From: Cyanophora paradoxa CCMP329
Lineage: Eukaryota; Plantae; Glaucophyta
Direction of reading: 5' to 3'
Assembly: GCA_004431415.1 (NCBI GenBank)
Contig: QPMI01000428.1
Span: 186,001-250,000 of the forward strand
DNA length: 64,000 nt
Part shown: positions 50,284 to 62,600 of the stretch, in pieces
How positions within the stretch are numbered: position 1 is the first letter of the stretch
Layout of the letters: each line of letters begins with the position of its first letter
Notes under the pieces: model-generated
Told to the model about the DNA's origin: nothing
What the model saw: only the letters and a program-made list of their open reading frames with translations
Databases searched by the model: none
Made by a program: the position numbers and the translations under genes

Positions 50284-51597
50284 GTGCGATCGCCTTGTCT
50301 TCCACCTTCCTGCCTCCCCAGCCTCAGCCACATGTTAGCTTTCGTCCCCGGTGTGTCCCCAGCGGCCCGTCGTCCGGGAGGCGGGCCCGCCCGCGGCCCC
50401 ATGCGAAGTCGTCCGACTTTTCGGCCCCCGGTAGCTGCGGCCGCGGCAGTATTCGCCGCCCAGTTCCCTAGTACCATCAGCCCCGAGCTGTTCGAGGCCG
50501 AATCGACCCCCGCGCAGCTTTATAGCCAGACGGTCAGATATTTCAGCTTGACCGCCCCGACCTCTCAGTCCAACGCCCTCCGCGCGCTGTCCGAGGGGCC
50601 CAGCAGAACCCAGATTCGTCACAGCGTAGCCGACTGCTTGGCTAGCCTCGACCCCCCGTGGCAGTGTGCTGCTACGGGAATAGCGCACTCCTGCTCACCA
50701 TCGAGGCGGTGCACGGTGATGCAGCCGAGAAGCTGCTCCGCAAATCAGCGCTCCAGTACCTTCCCGTCCTCGACTTCACTCAGCTTCCGGCCGATGCGAA
50801 CGGCGCCCCCCGCCGCCTCTGGATTCGAAGGCCGCGCGCGAGGCCGGCTTCCGCGATCCCTCCGTCAGCTTCGGCCCTTTCTATTCAGCTCCCTCCAATG
50901 CGCATAGTGTCTTTTCCAACTGGCTCGTGCAGCGCGGCTTCAGCCCGTCCAAAGTTCATCGCATCAATGGCAACAGCGTCTGGATCAAAGTGTTTCTCTC
51001 GGAGGTCCCGCCCGTCGCCAGTCAGGCGCGGTTGCCTTTCTCTCACAAGTTCGGCAATGAGACAGTTCAGATCAGCGGCAGCTGGGCGTTCTGCAACCGG
51101 CCGGGCTGTCACAGCGCGCAGCATTCCGAGCACGCCCCGCACACCCGCACGGGCGTCACGATCAGCGGCCGCTCGCGCTCCCTGGAGCAGTACAACGGCG
51201 AGAACTGGACCGACCAGACCGGCCCCAGCGCGATCATGCGCCGGCCTAACGACCCCATCAACTTCGACATCATCTTCCCGTGGAAGGAGGACCTGCAGCG
51301 CGCTGCGCAGGTTCGCTTTGCAATTCGTACTCTCGATGGCCTCATGGCCTTTTCCGGCCTCATGGCCCGCCCCTCGCAATCGATCCGATCTCCTCTCTTT
51401 CTCTCTTGCATGACTTTCTCGATCTTGCAGGCCGCTGCTGCGTCCCCCTCGGGATCGGCGTGAGGCGTTCGGGCCCCCCATCGATTCCCGCTGCGTATCG
51501 CGGCGGGGTTGATCCCTCGGCCCTCCCCTCGCCCCCGGCCCTCGTTTTCTCTTCCGGCTCTTGGGCTTTGTCCCTCGAGCTGCACCACCCCCCGTAA
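50284..51597 (+). CDS. LINE ORF1 region (frameshifted as assembled)
   Basis: Overlapping intronless frames 50284-50907, 50658-51413, 50927-51463 and 51280-51597 upstream of ORF2; Cys/His motif CNRPGCHSAQHSEH; last frame stops directly before the ORF2 ATG. Confidence 0.6.
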
Positions 51598-54500
51598 ATG
51601 ACGTTTAGGTTTCTTTCTCTGAACGTAGCAGGCAAACTAGATCGAGCTTTTCATGATGTATTAGGCAAATCTTATCGTTCTTTTCTCTTTGATTGCCTCC
51701 GCGATAGTGCGCGGCATTCAGCTGTGTTCCTGCAGGAGACTCATGTTTCTTCTTCCTCATTATCCAAGCGCCTCGCGCGCGCCTGGGGATCGGCCCCTCT
51801 TTTTGGTCTCATAACCCTAGTGGTCAGGCCACTCAGGGGGTCGCCGCTCTCTTTCCTGGTGATTCCCCTTTTCAAATTCGGTTGTTGACTCCAGCTGATA
51901 GTCCTCGACTTCAACTTTTCTTGTTCGAGACCAAATTTGGTCCCATTTATTTTTGCAATGTATATGCTCCTACAGATGATTCCGAGCGTCGCGGTTTCTA
52001 TGAAACTCTTCTTTATACTCTCGAGTCCGTGGTTCCTTTCGACAGCCGCCTCATCTTAGGAGGAGATTTTAATTTCCACGAGCTCCCCTCTGATGCTCCC
52101 GGCCCTAGTCGTGGAACCCCTCCCCCCGACGCCTTTGAGTTGATCCGAGCTCGTTATGGCCTTTTCGATGCCGGGCCTCACACTAGAGCGTGCTTTAAAA
52201 CCTGGAGCCGGCCGCGGCCGGCGGGCGGGACGATTGAGTCCCGGCTCGATTATTTTTTCCTCTCGTCCTCCCTCCGCGATTGGGCCGTCTCGCTTCGGCC
52301 GTGGACGGCTTACTCTGCAGTCGGCGAGCCACGCAATTCTGATCATATAGGCATCTATCTCACACTTAAAGCCCCCGGAATCTCTCGCCGTGGCCCCGGT
52401 CGCTGGCGCATGAACTGGGCGGCGTATGGCACATGCCCGGAATATTCTGGTTTCATTTCTACTATAATTCGTGACTGGCGCGCCGCGTGGCCATTAGTTA
52501 CAGATCGCGTCCGTCGGTGGGACGCCCTCAAATCCGAGCTCCAGCGTCGTGTTCGGGCCTGGGAGCTTGATGAGAAGCGCAGGCGGAAGGACGCTTACAT
52601 CTCCGCTGTTCGAGCTCTCGAGGCTCTCATCCGTCGCCACGCCGCTGGCTCTATTGATGATGTCGCTTTCCGTACACTGCGCACTTCTATGATGCGCAGC
52701 TTGAATTCGCTTGTGTCTGACTATGCCAGACAGCATTCACGCAAAGAAATTCGTTTTGCCGCAACTCAAGATGGACGGTCTAGTAAAGCTTTTTTTGAGC
52801 ATTATTTACCGGATTCTCATGCTCAGTTCACGGAGGGGCTTCGGGCCCTCGACACCGAAGGCCCAGAGGCCGCGTCGGACGACCCCGCACTTTGCTCGAG
52901 CTTTCTTCCGCCTATTACGCTCAACTATATGACGGCGCTGCAGCTCAGGCCGTGGTTGATCGGTCGCTAGCTGAGCGGTCTGGCGTTGCCTCTCTCTATT
53001 CCCTCACCGCCTGCTCCCTACTGAGTCTGCTGATCTTGACTCTGACTTATCGTCTGGAGAACTATTTCGTGCTTTTAAGGAGATGTCTGGCGGAGCCAAG
53101 TCTCCTGGCATCGATGGTCTCCCTGCTGAATTCTACGTTCACTTTTTTGATGAGATTGGCCCCGATTTCTGTGCTTACATCGCTGCTATGTATGAGTCTG
53201 GGCAGCCGTCCGAGTCTTTGCGGCACGTCCTCATTACTCCTATTACTAAACCGGCAACGGACCCTACTTTGATTGCAAATCGCCGCCCAATTTCTCTCTC
53301 TAATGTCGAAGAGCGTGCAGTCGAGCGCGCCCTCTCCAACCGCTTAACGCCACTCATGTCTGGTCTTGTATCCCGCTTTCAGTCTGGCTTTATTCATCGT
53401 CGGTCCGCAGTGCACCAGGTTATGCTTGTTTATCTTCTCATGCATTACGAGGGCGGTAATCCTGCACTCGAACAGCTGTGCTTCGGATTTCTTGATTTTT
53501 CAAAAGCCTATGACCGCGTTAACTGGAGCTTCCTTTTCTGGTCGCTCGAACAGTTCGGTTTCGGGTCCCAATTTATCAAGTGGGTCCGCCTGCTCTACTC
53601 TGATCTGCAGGGTTCTGTTCACATTAACGGCTGGACCTCCGCCCCTTTCCCCATTCGATGCGGTGTACGTCAGGGTGGCCCCCTTTCGCCCTATCTATAT
53701 AATTTGTGCACACACCTTTTAGCCCTTTTGATTAATGCTGATGCTCGTATACGAGGTGTCCGCTTGTCCTCTAGCTCTCTTTGCAAGGTGCTCCAGTTTG
53801 CAGACGACACTGTTCCTTTAATCTCGTCTTTTACCGAATTGCCTTTCTGGAAAGAGTGCTTTGATAAATACTGCCGGCTCTCTGGAGCTCTTATTAATCT
53901 CGAGAAATCTAGCCTTCTTCCACTCCGCGATATCCCCGCACATGCCTGGCCTAGCGTCGAGGACTGCCCCTGGCGGCGTCTTCAGGTGACGGATCTCCCT
54001 CCCGCTGAAAAAATTCGAAAATACCTGGGCTTTCCACTAGAGCCCGATCTGTCTCGGTTCTGGCGGAAAAAGAACGCTGCTCTTGATATCCGTGTCCAGC
54101 AAGCGAAGACTTATCGCATGCCGATGCGTTCCGGCGTTCTCCTTGCCTGGGCTGTATTTATTGGGTCCCTACATTATGCTCTATATTTGCTTGACCCCCC
54201 TGATGCTCAGTATTCGACATGGCAAGAGAAGCTTCGCGCTTTTGCTGGCGTGAGCGGGCAGCTTTCGAAGTATATTTCTCCTCTGCCGTGGCGTCAAGGT
54301 GGTCTCAACTGCCCGGATATTCGAGCTTTTTCGTTATCGCTGAAAATGAAGTGGGTGGCCTTGCTCGCTGACCCCTCTTGTTCGGCTCCTTGGAAGGAGT
54401 ACCTCTTGAGCAAACTGGACGCTCAGCTGGCACCTTTTTCCTATGGCCCCGCCCTTGTCTCGCTCCGCCTCCCACTTGACAGACTTGACTTGCCTCCTAT

Positions 54501-56345
54501 TTGGAAGCAGACTCTCTCCGAGTGGGCTCAGCGCCAGGGCGTGTGTCAACCTCGTAACTCTCCCGAAGTGTTATCCCAACCTCTTTTCTTCAATCCTCTG
54601 TTCAGTACTCCCGGCGACGAGGTCGACTGGAGTCGCTGTGCACGGTCCGGCTTGCTGCGGGTCTGCGATATCTGGGATTGTGCTGCCCGGGGTTCCGGGC
54701 TCCAGCAGCTGCCTCCTCCGCCCTCCACTCCTTTTTCCCTAGTCTGTGCTCTGCGCTCCCGGCTACTTGGCGCCAGGTTCTCGAGGCCCCTGCACCGCCG
54801 CCTCAGCATCTCTGGTGGTCCGGACCGGACGCCTCGTTTGCTCTCCTTCGAGGCCCAAGTGGTACTTTTGTTGCCTTCCCCGTTCGCGATAACCAGATAA
54901 TTCCACGGGTGCTGGACTACGTACCGCGCGTTCCTTGCCGCCCTGCGGCTTCCCACCCTGTGGGCCTATCCTCGAGCTCCAATTCAATTCTGTCCCGTTT
55001 GCTCCCGCTGCATGTTTGCTTCAGCGCTGTCTTCCTCTCTTTTCGTCGCGGGACCCTGCCTGGCCTTTTTGTTCTTGGCGCAGGTCCTTCGGCCTTTCTT
55101 TCTCTTGATAATCTTGCGTTCACTTTCGCTCGTATGCTCCCTCTCCGCCTCTCCTCTGTTCGTCGCTTCTACTGCCTTGAGGTCCAGCGGCTTCGCGATG
55201 TGTCTAGCCACGCTCAGATGCCCGATGCTAAGTGGGGGTTTCCCGGCGCCTTGTCTCCGTCCCGTCTTCCTAATCTTGTCGTCCTTCAGTGTTTCCCGAT
55301 GCTTTGGATCGATGCTCTTTACCGTTTGCATTTCAAATTGTATCGTTTGGGCGAGCAACAGTCGCCCCGCCGTCGTTTCTGTCGGGTTTGTAATGACGGA
55401 TCTGCTCGCTCTCACGCGCACGTTTTCTCTGAGTGCCCGCTTTCTCGTTCGTTCTGGGATTTCATTCGTGAGCGCCTGAATTTCTGGGCTTCTACTCTTC
55501 CACCGGATGAGCGTGAAGAGGTCGCAGTGCCTGACCTCTCTCTCTTCCACATCCTCTCGGTTCCGGATTTATCTGGACCCATTTTGCGCAGTAAAGTTAA
55601 CCCCGCCTTCTGCCTTCGCTCACTTGGAGCGATCCTTGCTGGCGTATTTTCCATCCAACAGGTTGCTCGCGCTCGGTGCGATCTTGAGGAGGCTGACATT
55701 GATGCACCTTCTTACAACCGCGCCGCGCTTGTTGCCGCCTGGGACAGAAATATGTCGTACCTCGAGTTCACCCTTCCGCAGGCTTCGGCCTTGTTGGAGG
55801 AGCGGCGCGCTCGCTTGGCTGCTGCTGACGCTGATGATCAGGCTGCCTCGGATGATGACGCACATGATTCAGAGTCTGGTACCGGTTCTCATCGTTCTAG
55901 TTCAAGCTCTGATTCTGACTCGTCCGGCGCTCCTTCTTCGGGCGGTGCTGACAACCTCGTCTCTTCGCGTGACATCGATTCTGTCCTCCGGAATCCTGCG
56001 GAGTTTGCCGTTCGTGGAATGTCCCGTTGGGATCCCTGGTGGTCGCCCGCCTCCTGCGCCGTCCCCTCCTGCTCTGGCCCCTGTAGTGACCCTTGGGCCC
56101 ATTCCTATTCCTGCTCTCGCTGCCCCTCTCGACGCTCCTTTCCCCCCATTCCCTGCGGTCCCGATCCCTGTGCTCCTTGGCCCTCTGGCCCCGCCTCTGC
56201 CTCCTCCCTCCTTACAACTTGCTGTCACGGGGCCTCTTCACTTGCCTGTTCCCCGGCAGGTCCCTGGTCATCTTGCAGCTCCATACCCCTTCTTACCTCT
56301 TCCCCTTGCTCCTCCACTTCCGCCCCTGCGAGGCCCTCTTTCTGA
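51598..56345 (+). CDS. LINE ORF2: APE endonuclease, reverse transcriptase and C-terminal CCHC finger (about 4 frameshifts as assembled)
   Basis: SLNVAG, FLQETH, NVYAP, GGDFN, SRLDYF, SDH, WRMN; KSPGIDGLPAEFY, RPISLSN, LDFSKAYDRVNW, GVRQGGPLSP, QFADD, KYLG; CRVC..HAHVFSECP. Confidence 0.95.
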
Positions 56346-59300
56346 CGTCCTCCTGGTTCAGCCCCTCTTCAGCCCATCCTTCTTGCCCCCGCTTCTGCAA
56401 CTGTGACGCTGGGCGGCACTATCTTTTTGCATGCCCCTACCGCCTCTACGTCCCCGGTCTCTTTGCATCTGCATCCACTTTCCCGGATCCGCTTGCAGGC
56501 CCCCTCGCCTCCAGAGCTCGCCATCACTTCGGCCTCCCTCGCCTCCGCTCTCGATTCTCCATACCCTTCGAATAGCCGCCTTCTCTCTCCTCCTCCGCCC
56601 TCCCTCCCCCCTCGAGCTCCGGGTCCTCGGCCTCTGCCCCGCTTCCGAGTGTTGGCGAGACTGTCCTCTTTTCGGTCTCCCCGTCATTCCGGCTCCCTGC
56701 TCCCCTTCGGCGCCTCGGGTCCCATATGCGGGTCCTATCCCGCTTCCTGGCGCTCGTGAGATTCGCCGCCGGCGCCCTCGTCGGGCCCTTGCGCCCTCGA
56801 GCTCGTCTCTCTCTGCGCCGCCCATGGCCATGACCTCCGTGTCATCTGATCCGGCGCCACCCGACCTTTCTCCAGCTTCGCTGCCCTCTCTTCGGCGCCG
56901 GCAGCGATCCCCGTCACCTGCTCGCGGCCCTTCCCCTGCCTCCGACCCTTCCTCGGCCCCCTCCTCGCCTAGGCCTCTTCCGTCTCGTCGGCCCCGCCGC
57001 ATTCCCGTCGGCGGATCTCTCGATCGACCCTGGACTCTCCGCCTGCCACTGTCTGCGGGGTACCTCCGCCGCCGTGTTCGGCGCCGGCTGTCAGTACTTT
57101 GCTCGGTAGCTCCCCCGTCGTGGCTCCTCGGGGGCCTCTTCGTCGTCGTCGTTCGCTGGGTTCCGGCTCCGGGTCAGATTTCTCGCCGGGCTTACCTTCT
57201 CCTGGCTCTGCTCCTGGGCCTCAGCTCCGGGACCGGCTTCCCCGATCTCCTCCCGGACTCGTGGTCGTACCCGTCGCCGGCTTGCCGAGCCTGCGGCTCC
57301 TTCTACTTCCCCCGGCGGTTTGCCGGGCCGGACCCTCCGGCCTTTGTTCTTGATACCGGACTGCCGCCTTTGCCTTCGTCTTCTGCTTCGCTGGTCGCGA
57401 TCGTATCCCGCCGGCGCCGGCGTACTTCTTCGTCTTCTAGTTTAGTTCGGTCTGGTTCGGATTCTGATCGTAGTGTTGATGCTAGAGTTAGTTTCAATAC
57501 TAGCTATAGTCCTCGTGCTCGACCTGTTGTTCGCCGTCGTTTGCAGTTCGATTGCCCGCCTCGACCCTGGCCGGCTTTAGTGATTCCTTTGACTGTCCTT
57601 TTGCCTGCTCTTGATCCGCCTGCTCCGCCTCCTGTGTCCTCCTCGACCTCGTGCCGTAGCTCTGCCCTTTCGCATCGTCCTGCTTCGCCTCCGCCTCCAT
57701 GTCGTCTTGTTGTTCCTCTTACTTGTCTTCTTCCTGTTATTTATCTTTCTCAATTTTGTCCCCCGCTTCTTAGTGATGTAATTCCTTCTGATATTGATGG
57801 TATCTCTAGCTCTGGCTCTTCTTCGTGTCAGTTATCCTCTGTCCCTAGATCTGCTCGATTTATCGTCTCTTCTCGCTATCGATCTGTCTCGAGCTCTGTG
57901 TCTTTCCTTTTTTATTGTCGATTTTGGCTCTTTGTCTTATCTTTCTTCGTGCTCTTGTCTTAGTTATTTTGCTTTTTTGTCTTTATGCCCCCTGGGCAGC
58001 CCCCGCAGTGCTGGTGTCTAGAGACTGTGGCCGGTAATTCACCAAAAAAAAAAAAAAACGCATTAATTTGGGACCGCATTTATATTGAAACGCTAAATAA
58101 CTGCTGTATGTACCCCCTAACACAGGCAGAAAGCTTCAAAACGCATTAATATCCTTACTATAGCTACCAGGTAGGGCCTACTACCCGGCCTTGCCGCCTA
58201 GGGGTCCGGTCCACCGTCCGGGTCCAAAAACGCATTCATTACCGTAGTACTGGCGCATTAATATTTTAATCAAGTGTTACACAGTAGCAGACCCTCGACT
58301 CTCGAGTTTCAGAGTCTCGAGCATGATTCGCGATTCGCGAGTTGTACCAGTACGCATGACTTAGTGAGTCGAGCATGAATGATGAATCTGCCGAATGATT
58401 CGGCCCTGATGATGAAGGCGAAAGTGATTCGTGGAATCAGCTGCCAGTGCAGCTGCAGTTGCAGGCTTGCAGCTGCAGGCCTAGGCCCTACCGGTACTAG
58501 GTCCGGTAGGCCTGCTAGGCCGCAAGTTGCAACTTAAAAAACGTTGCAAGCACTGCGGCAGCAGTGCCTTTCACTGCCTTAGCCTAAAAAAAACCTTTCT
58601 TAACTAGTAAGTTGCAAGCCTTAATTAAAGTTGCCAACTTGGCAAGTTGTTAGCAACTTAAGCTTGGCAAATTGTTGCAGCCTACAGGCTACACTGCCGC
58701 TAGTTTACGTACAGTAGGCCCGCGGCCGGCGCCGGGCCCGCTACTGCCGGACCAGTACCGGTAGGCCTAGGTCACCGTTCAATTAACGGCCGCGGTAACT
58801 TCCGGTAAGCTTCAGTGCCGCATCATCGGCCCGCATGCGCTGCTGATGCGCATGCCGCGCGCGGCCATGCTGGCGGCGCCTGCCAGGCTGGCGCATGGCT
58901 GCATGATCCCTGCCAGGCGCCGGCTGCATCGATATCATCATGCACCTTGGGACGCATGCTGCTGAGTGCATGCAAGTACATTTACGTGCTCGGCTGGTGC
59001 GAGCATCCACCTCACTGAGTCAGGGACCACCTGCGCTCCAATCGCCGAGTATACTGCAGTACGCATTCTCGCCGGCAGCTGATCATAGATCCATAGTGCG
59101 CTGATCAGAAGGTTCTGTGCCTGCAGCGGCGGCTGCGGACACCCGCCAACCCCGCTGCTCGAGCTCGGGCCCTCGCAAGTTAATTCGCAACTGCGGCTAC
59201 CGGTAGCGTTGCAATTGCAGGGCGCAGCGTGGAAGGCGTTTCCGGAATCCGACGGTGCATGGCCATGGGGGCAATTGCGCAATTGTTTTGTGATGTAAAT

Positions 59301-59622
59301 GTAAACTTAATTGCATTTAGCGCTTCTAGCTGTAGATCCTAGCTATAGATCTCTCTAACTATATGTTTATTCGTGCATGTGAGCATTCGCAGCACTTTTA
59401 TTACGTATACTCCGTTAACGTTACTCCAGCTGCAGCTGAAGGAGCGACAACATAACCCAGCTGCAGCTGTAGGTCCGTCCTGCTTGAGATATCGATCACC
59501 GAGCTCGAGCTGCATGCCGTGATGCACAGTGAGCCAATCGGCGATCGTGATGCGCAGTTTGAGCTCCTAATGATCACCCTGCCGCAGCGCTGCACAAGGC
59601 AATTTCTTTCGGCATCGGCGGC

Positions 59623-62600
59623 ATGCGCATCGTTAACCTTGTCCTGCTTGCTTCGGCTGGCGTGGGCAACCATGGCCACGTGCACACAGGCTCGGCTGCA
59701 AAGCCTGCGGATACGTATCTGAATGCGACTGGCCATGGCCTTAAGAAAGCCCGACACGTCGACTTCGCTGCCGCGAATACCGTCGACCGATCGCGACTGA
59801 GAGTCCGTCGTCGCTGCTCCCAAACTCCGGGGGGCCGCTTCGCGCCTCTAGATCCGCTCCGCTCCTTTACCCTCGCTTTGTTCGTGTTTTGCGGACTCGA
59901 GCTCACGCTTCATGTGGTGCGAGGTAAGATATCGATATCGATCTATAGCGCGCGCGAGCCCAAGCCTACCTACTGTCAACACTTAAATCATCGGATGTTG
60001 TATGCATGCGCTTCTGACGATCGCGTTCATTCACAGGAGAGTCTCTTGGAGGCTGTGAAGACGCCAGCGCGTGCTGGGAGGGGAACTACGACATCTGTTC
60101 CCGTAGAACTATGTTCAAGTTGGACGCGAAATCCGCGATTTCTCTCAGTGGAAGCAGCCAGATTCCTAGAAATCAGGCCGGTGCGATATCGAGTTCATCT
60201 GCATGTACACTTGCCTGGTTTCCTGCTGATTTGATGATATCGATTGATATCAGGATATTGCATCTGTGCGCGACAGAGTCAGCGTAAATTTGTGGGATGT
60301 CGCCCACGCGAATGCCCGTTGTTCTCCTGCGAAGAATTGTGCTCGGATCCAAAGCCGCCGGGTTCAATCGGTAACTACCGTTGCGAAGACTACGAACCAT
60401 TCGGCTTCACTGTTATCGGACCATTTCGACTCCTCACCAAGTCCGTACGGCCTGGAGGAAACGCGCTGTTTGCGTGCTCGGCGGGCTACCACAAAAACGG
60501 CCAACCGATGAAGGCTAAAGCGCAAATTCAAATAGCAGTGTCCACGTATCCAGTCAAGGAACGCGGGGCTTCCTTAGTCGATTGGCCCTGCCGTGAAGAG
60601 GAGTATGCATTTGTCGATTCTTCAACTGGATTGTGCGGGTGGCATATCCCAGAAAGCTACCGGACCAAGAAAGAATGTCGCATCCGAGAAACACCAGGAT
60701 TCGTGCAGATCACAATGGTCGCTTTTGGATACTCTGCCAGCGATGCCCTCACGGAAGCGAAAGCACCAGGCGGCAAAGTTTCCGTCAATCTCCCTCTCAA
60801 CTTCGGCGAAGTCAACGCCTTCGAACAAATTAACGGAAAAGACCTCTTCGGCGTGCAAATGCAGATCACGCTCGACACTGACCGCGCCACTTGGACGAGC
60901 AGCGCAACGGCAGCCGTCCAGTCGGGCATCGAAAAGCTTGTCATCGCAATTGATAAAACTGTTGCTGTCTCTGTCTCTGTTCACGACCAGCCGGCGGCCC
61001 CCAAATCCGTCGCTCAATTGCAACGGTCTATTCTCCAGCAGGAAAAGGTCCAGTTCAACGTCTCCCTGACGCAGTCGGCTCTCGACGGGGCAAGTACGTC
61101 AAACACTGCGATTTATAAAATTAGCGCATTAATATTCCGTTCACCTGTCGATAAACCGACTTTTTCGCGCAGAATGGCGGGTTACGGAGGTTGCTGACCT
61201 CATTGTTGAGATGCAAGATGCTGGGGTGTTCCAGTATGCGGCCGGCCTTGCATGGCCTGCCCTTGCTATTCAAAAGCAGGGTAATCTATACAAAGGCACG
61301 CAGACGAGGGAAGATTTTATAACTAGCTGCAAGCTTCTTTCTGACTATTTGCGTTGTCCACATGCTCAGATCCGACCGCGACCCCGAATTCGAATTCGAA
61401 TTCTGGCTCGGGCTGGAATGCTCCGACTAGTGCTCTGGCTGGTGGGATTGGAGGTGGTGCGGCCCTTCTACTCGTGATCGGCATATACATTTGGAACCAC
61501 GATCGCAAGAAATTATCTAAACGAGCACGGGGTACCGGTGTTCGAGCACCGCAGTCGTTTGCCCCGGCCGGCCCTAGTGCCAACATCGAGCGCGATGCTA
61601 CCGGGCAGCCGCTGGAGTCCGCGCTGCCAGCTCCACCGCCGCTGACTGCATCTGCTGGCCCCACCTGCGCGCCCCCTCCAGTCCAGATGGTACAGCCGCC
61701 AGGCCCCTACAGGCCCCGGCCAGGGAGTGGCCATGGGTATCCGCATGATCCTGAACTGCAGCTGGCGACTACAATTGCGAGCAATGGAGGCGAGGCACGC
61801 ATTAATATTGCGGTTGCCCTGTCAATAACAAAATCATTAATTCTTGTCTTTTTAATTTCGCAGCCGGTGACTTTTAAGCAAACCACCAATGCTTCAGACG
61901 TGCACGTTACCATCCAAAACCCATCCAGCATCCAGAATACGCCGATTTCTGAGGTACATGCGCGCGCATAGAACTGCAGCCGGTCTTTTCGGTTGAATTG
62001 CCTCACATTGTCTTCGATTCGCAGATGGTTTCTGCTCAGGACTCGGACGACGATGGTCTCTGCTGCGGCTGCTGCGCATGCGACGCACGTGCGCAGAGAT
62101 TCCCGGTTCCGAATACGAACTTATCTTGTCTGTCATACTAACAGTGCTACGTGCATGCAGCTGGCGATATTAAACTGCTCCTTATTCAACTTGATCAACT
62201 TGGGTTTATGCGCTTTATAACCGCGGTCGGTGTGCTCTTGGATGCTCTCTCTGTTGGTTCGCAATTGGGTTTCTCCTTTTATGAAAACCTCCATGCCAGG
62301 CCCACTCCGGATCCACTGGCCATTAAGTTTTACGGGGTCTCGTGTGCGCAGTTGCTGTGTTCTCCACGCTCGGAGCTTACAAGAGCCGCCTGGGAAACGC
62401 CGCTTATGTCATCCTCTTCATTCCAATCTATCCGTCGATTCTTGTGATCGTGTTCTTCATCCTCGGAGTCGTCACCTGCGGCAGCTATTGTGGGTGCGGT
62501 TCTCCCGCTTTCAGATCAGATATAATATAAATAGTTCCAAATGTCCGCCTCTCGCATGCGCGCAGATGCAAACAATGCAGCAAGGATTTTCGCCAATTGC

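Larger units (their letters stand above)
50268..58058 (+). mobile_element. Apparently full-length non-LTR retrotransposon (L1/Tx1-like LINE), ~7.8 kb
   Basis: 15-bp TSD aaaacgcattaattt at 50253-50267 and 58055-58069; A15 tail at 58044-58058; intronless ORF1 region and APE-RT-zinc finger ORF2. Confidence 0.95.
50190..58284. mobile_element. MITE of the same family as 38226-38479 (opposite orientation), split by the LINE
   Basis: TA|ccgtgtaacacttga ... tcaagtgttacacag|TA; halves 50190-50267 and 58055-58284 join into a colinear match (gctggcaaaacgcattaatt, caggcagaaagct.caaaacgcat, gggtccaaaaacgcatt). Confidence 0.88.

Noticed and set aside
51780-54700. Programmed ribosomal frameshifting in LINE ORF2
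   Set aside because: Several scattered breaks without clear slippery heptamers; decay or sequencing error is simpler.
23048-58069. Strict sequence-specific targeting by the LINE
   Set aside because: The four TSDs (aaaacgcattaattt, aacttgccgcaat, gatagctatagtata, atttcttt in element orientation) share no motif beyond AT richness.
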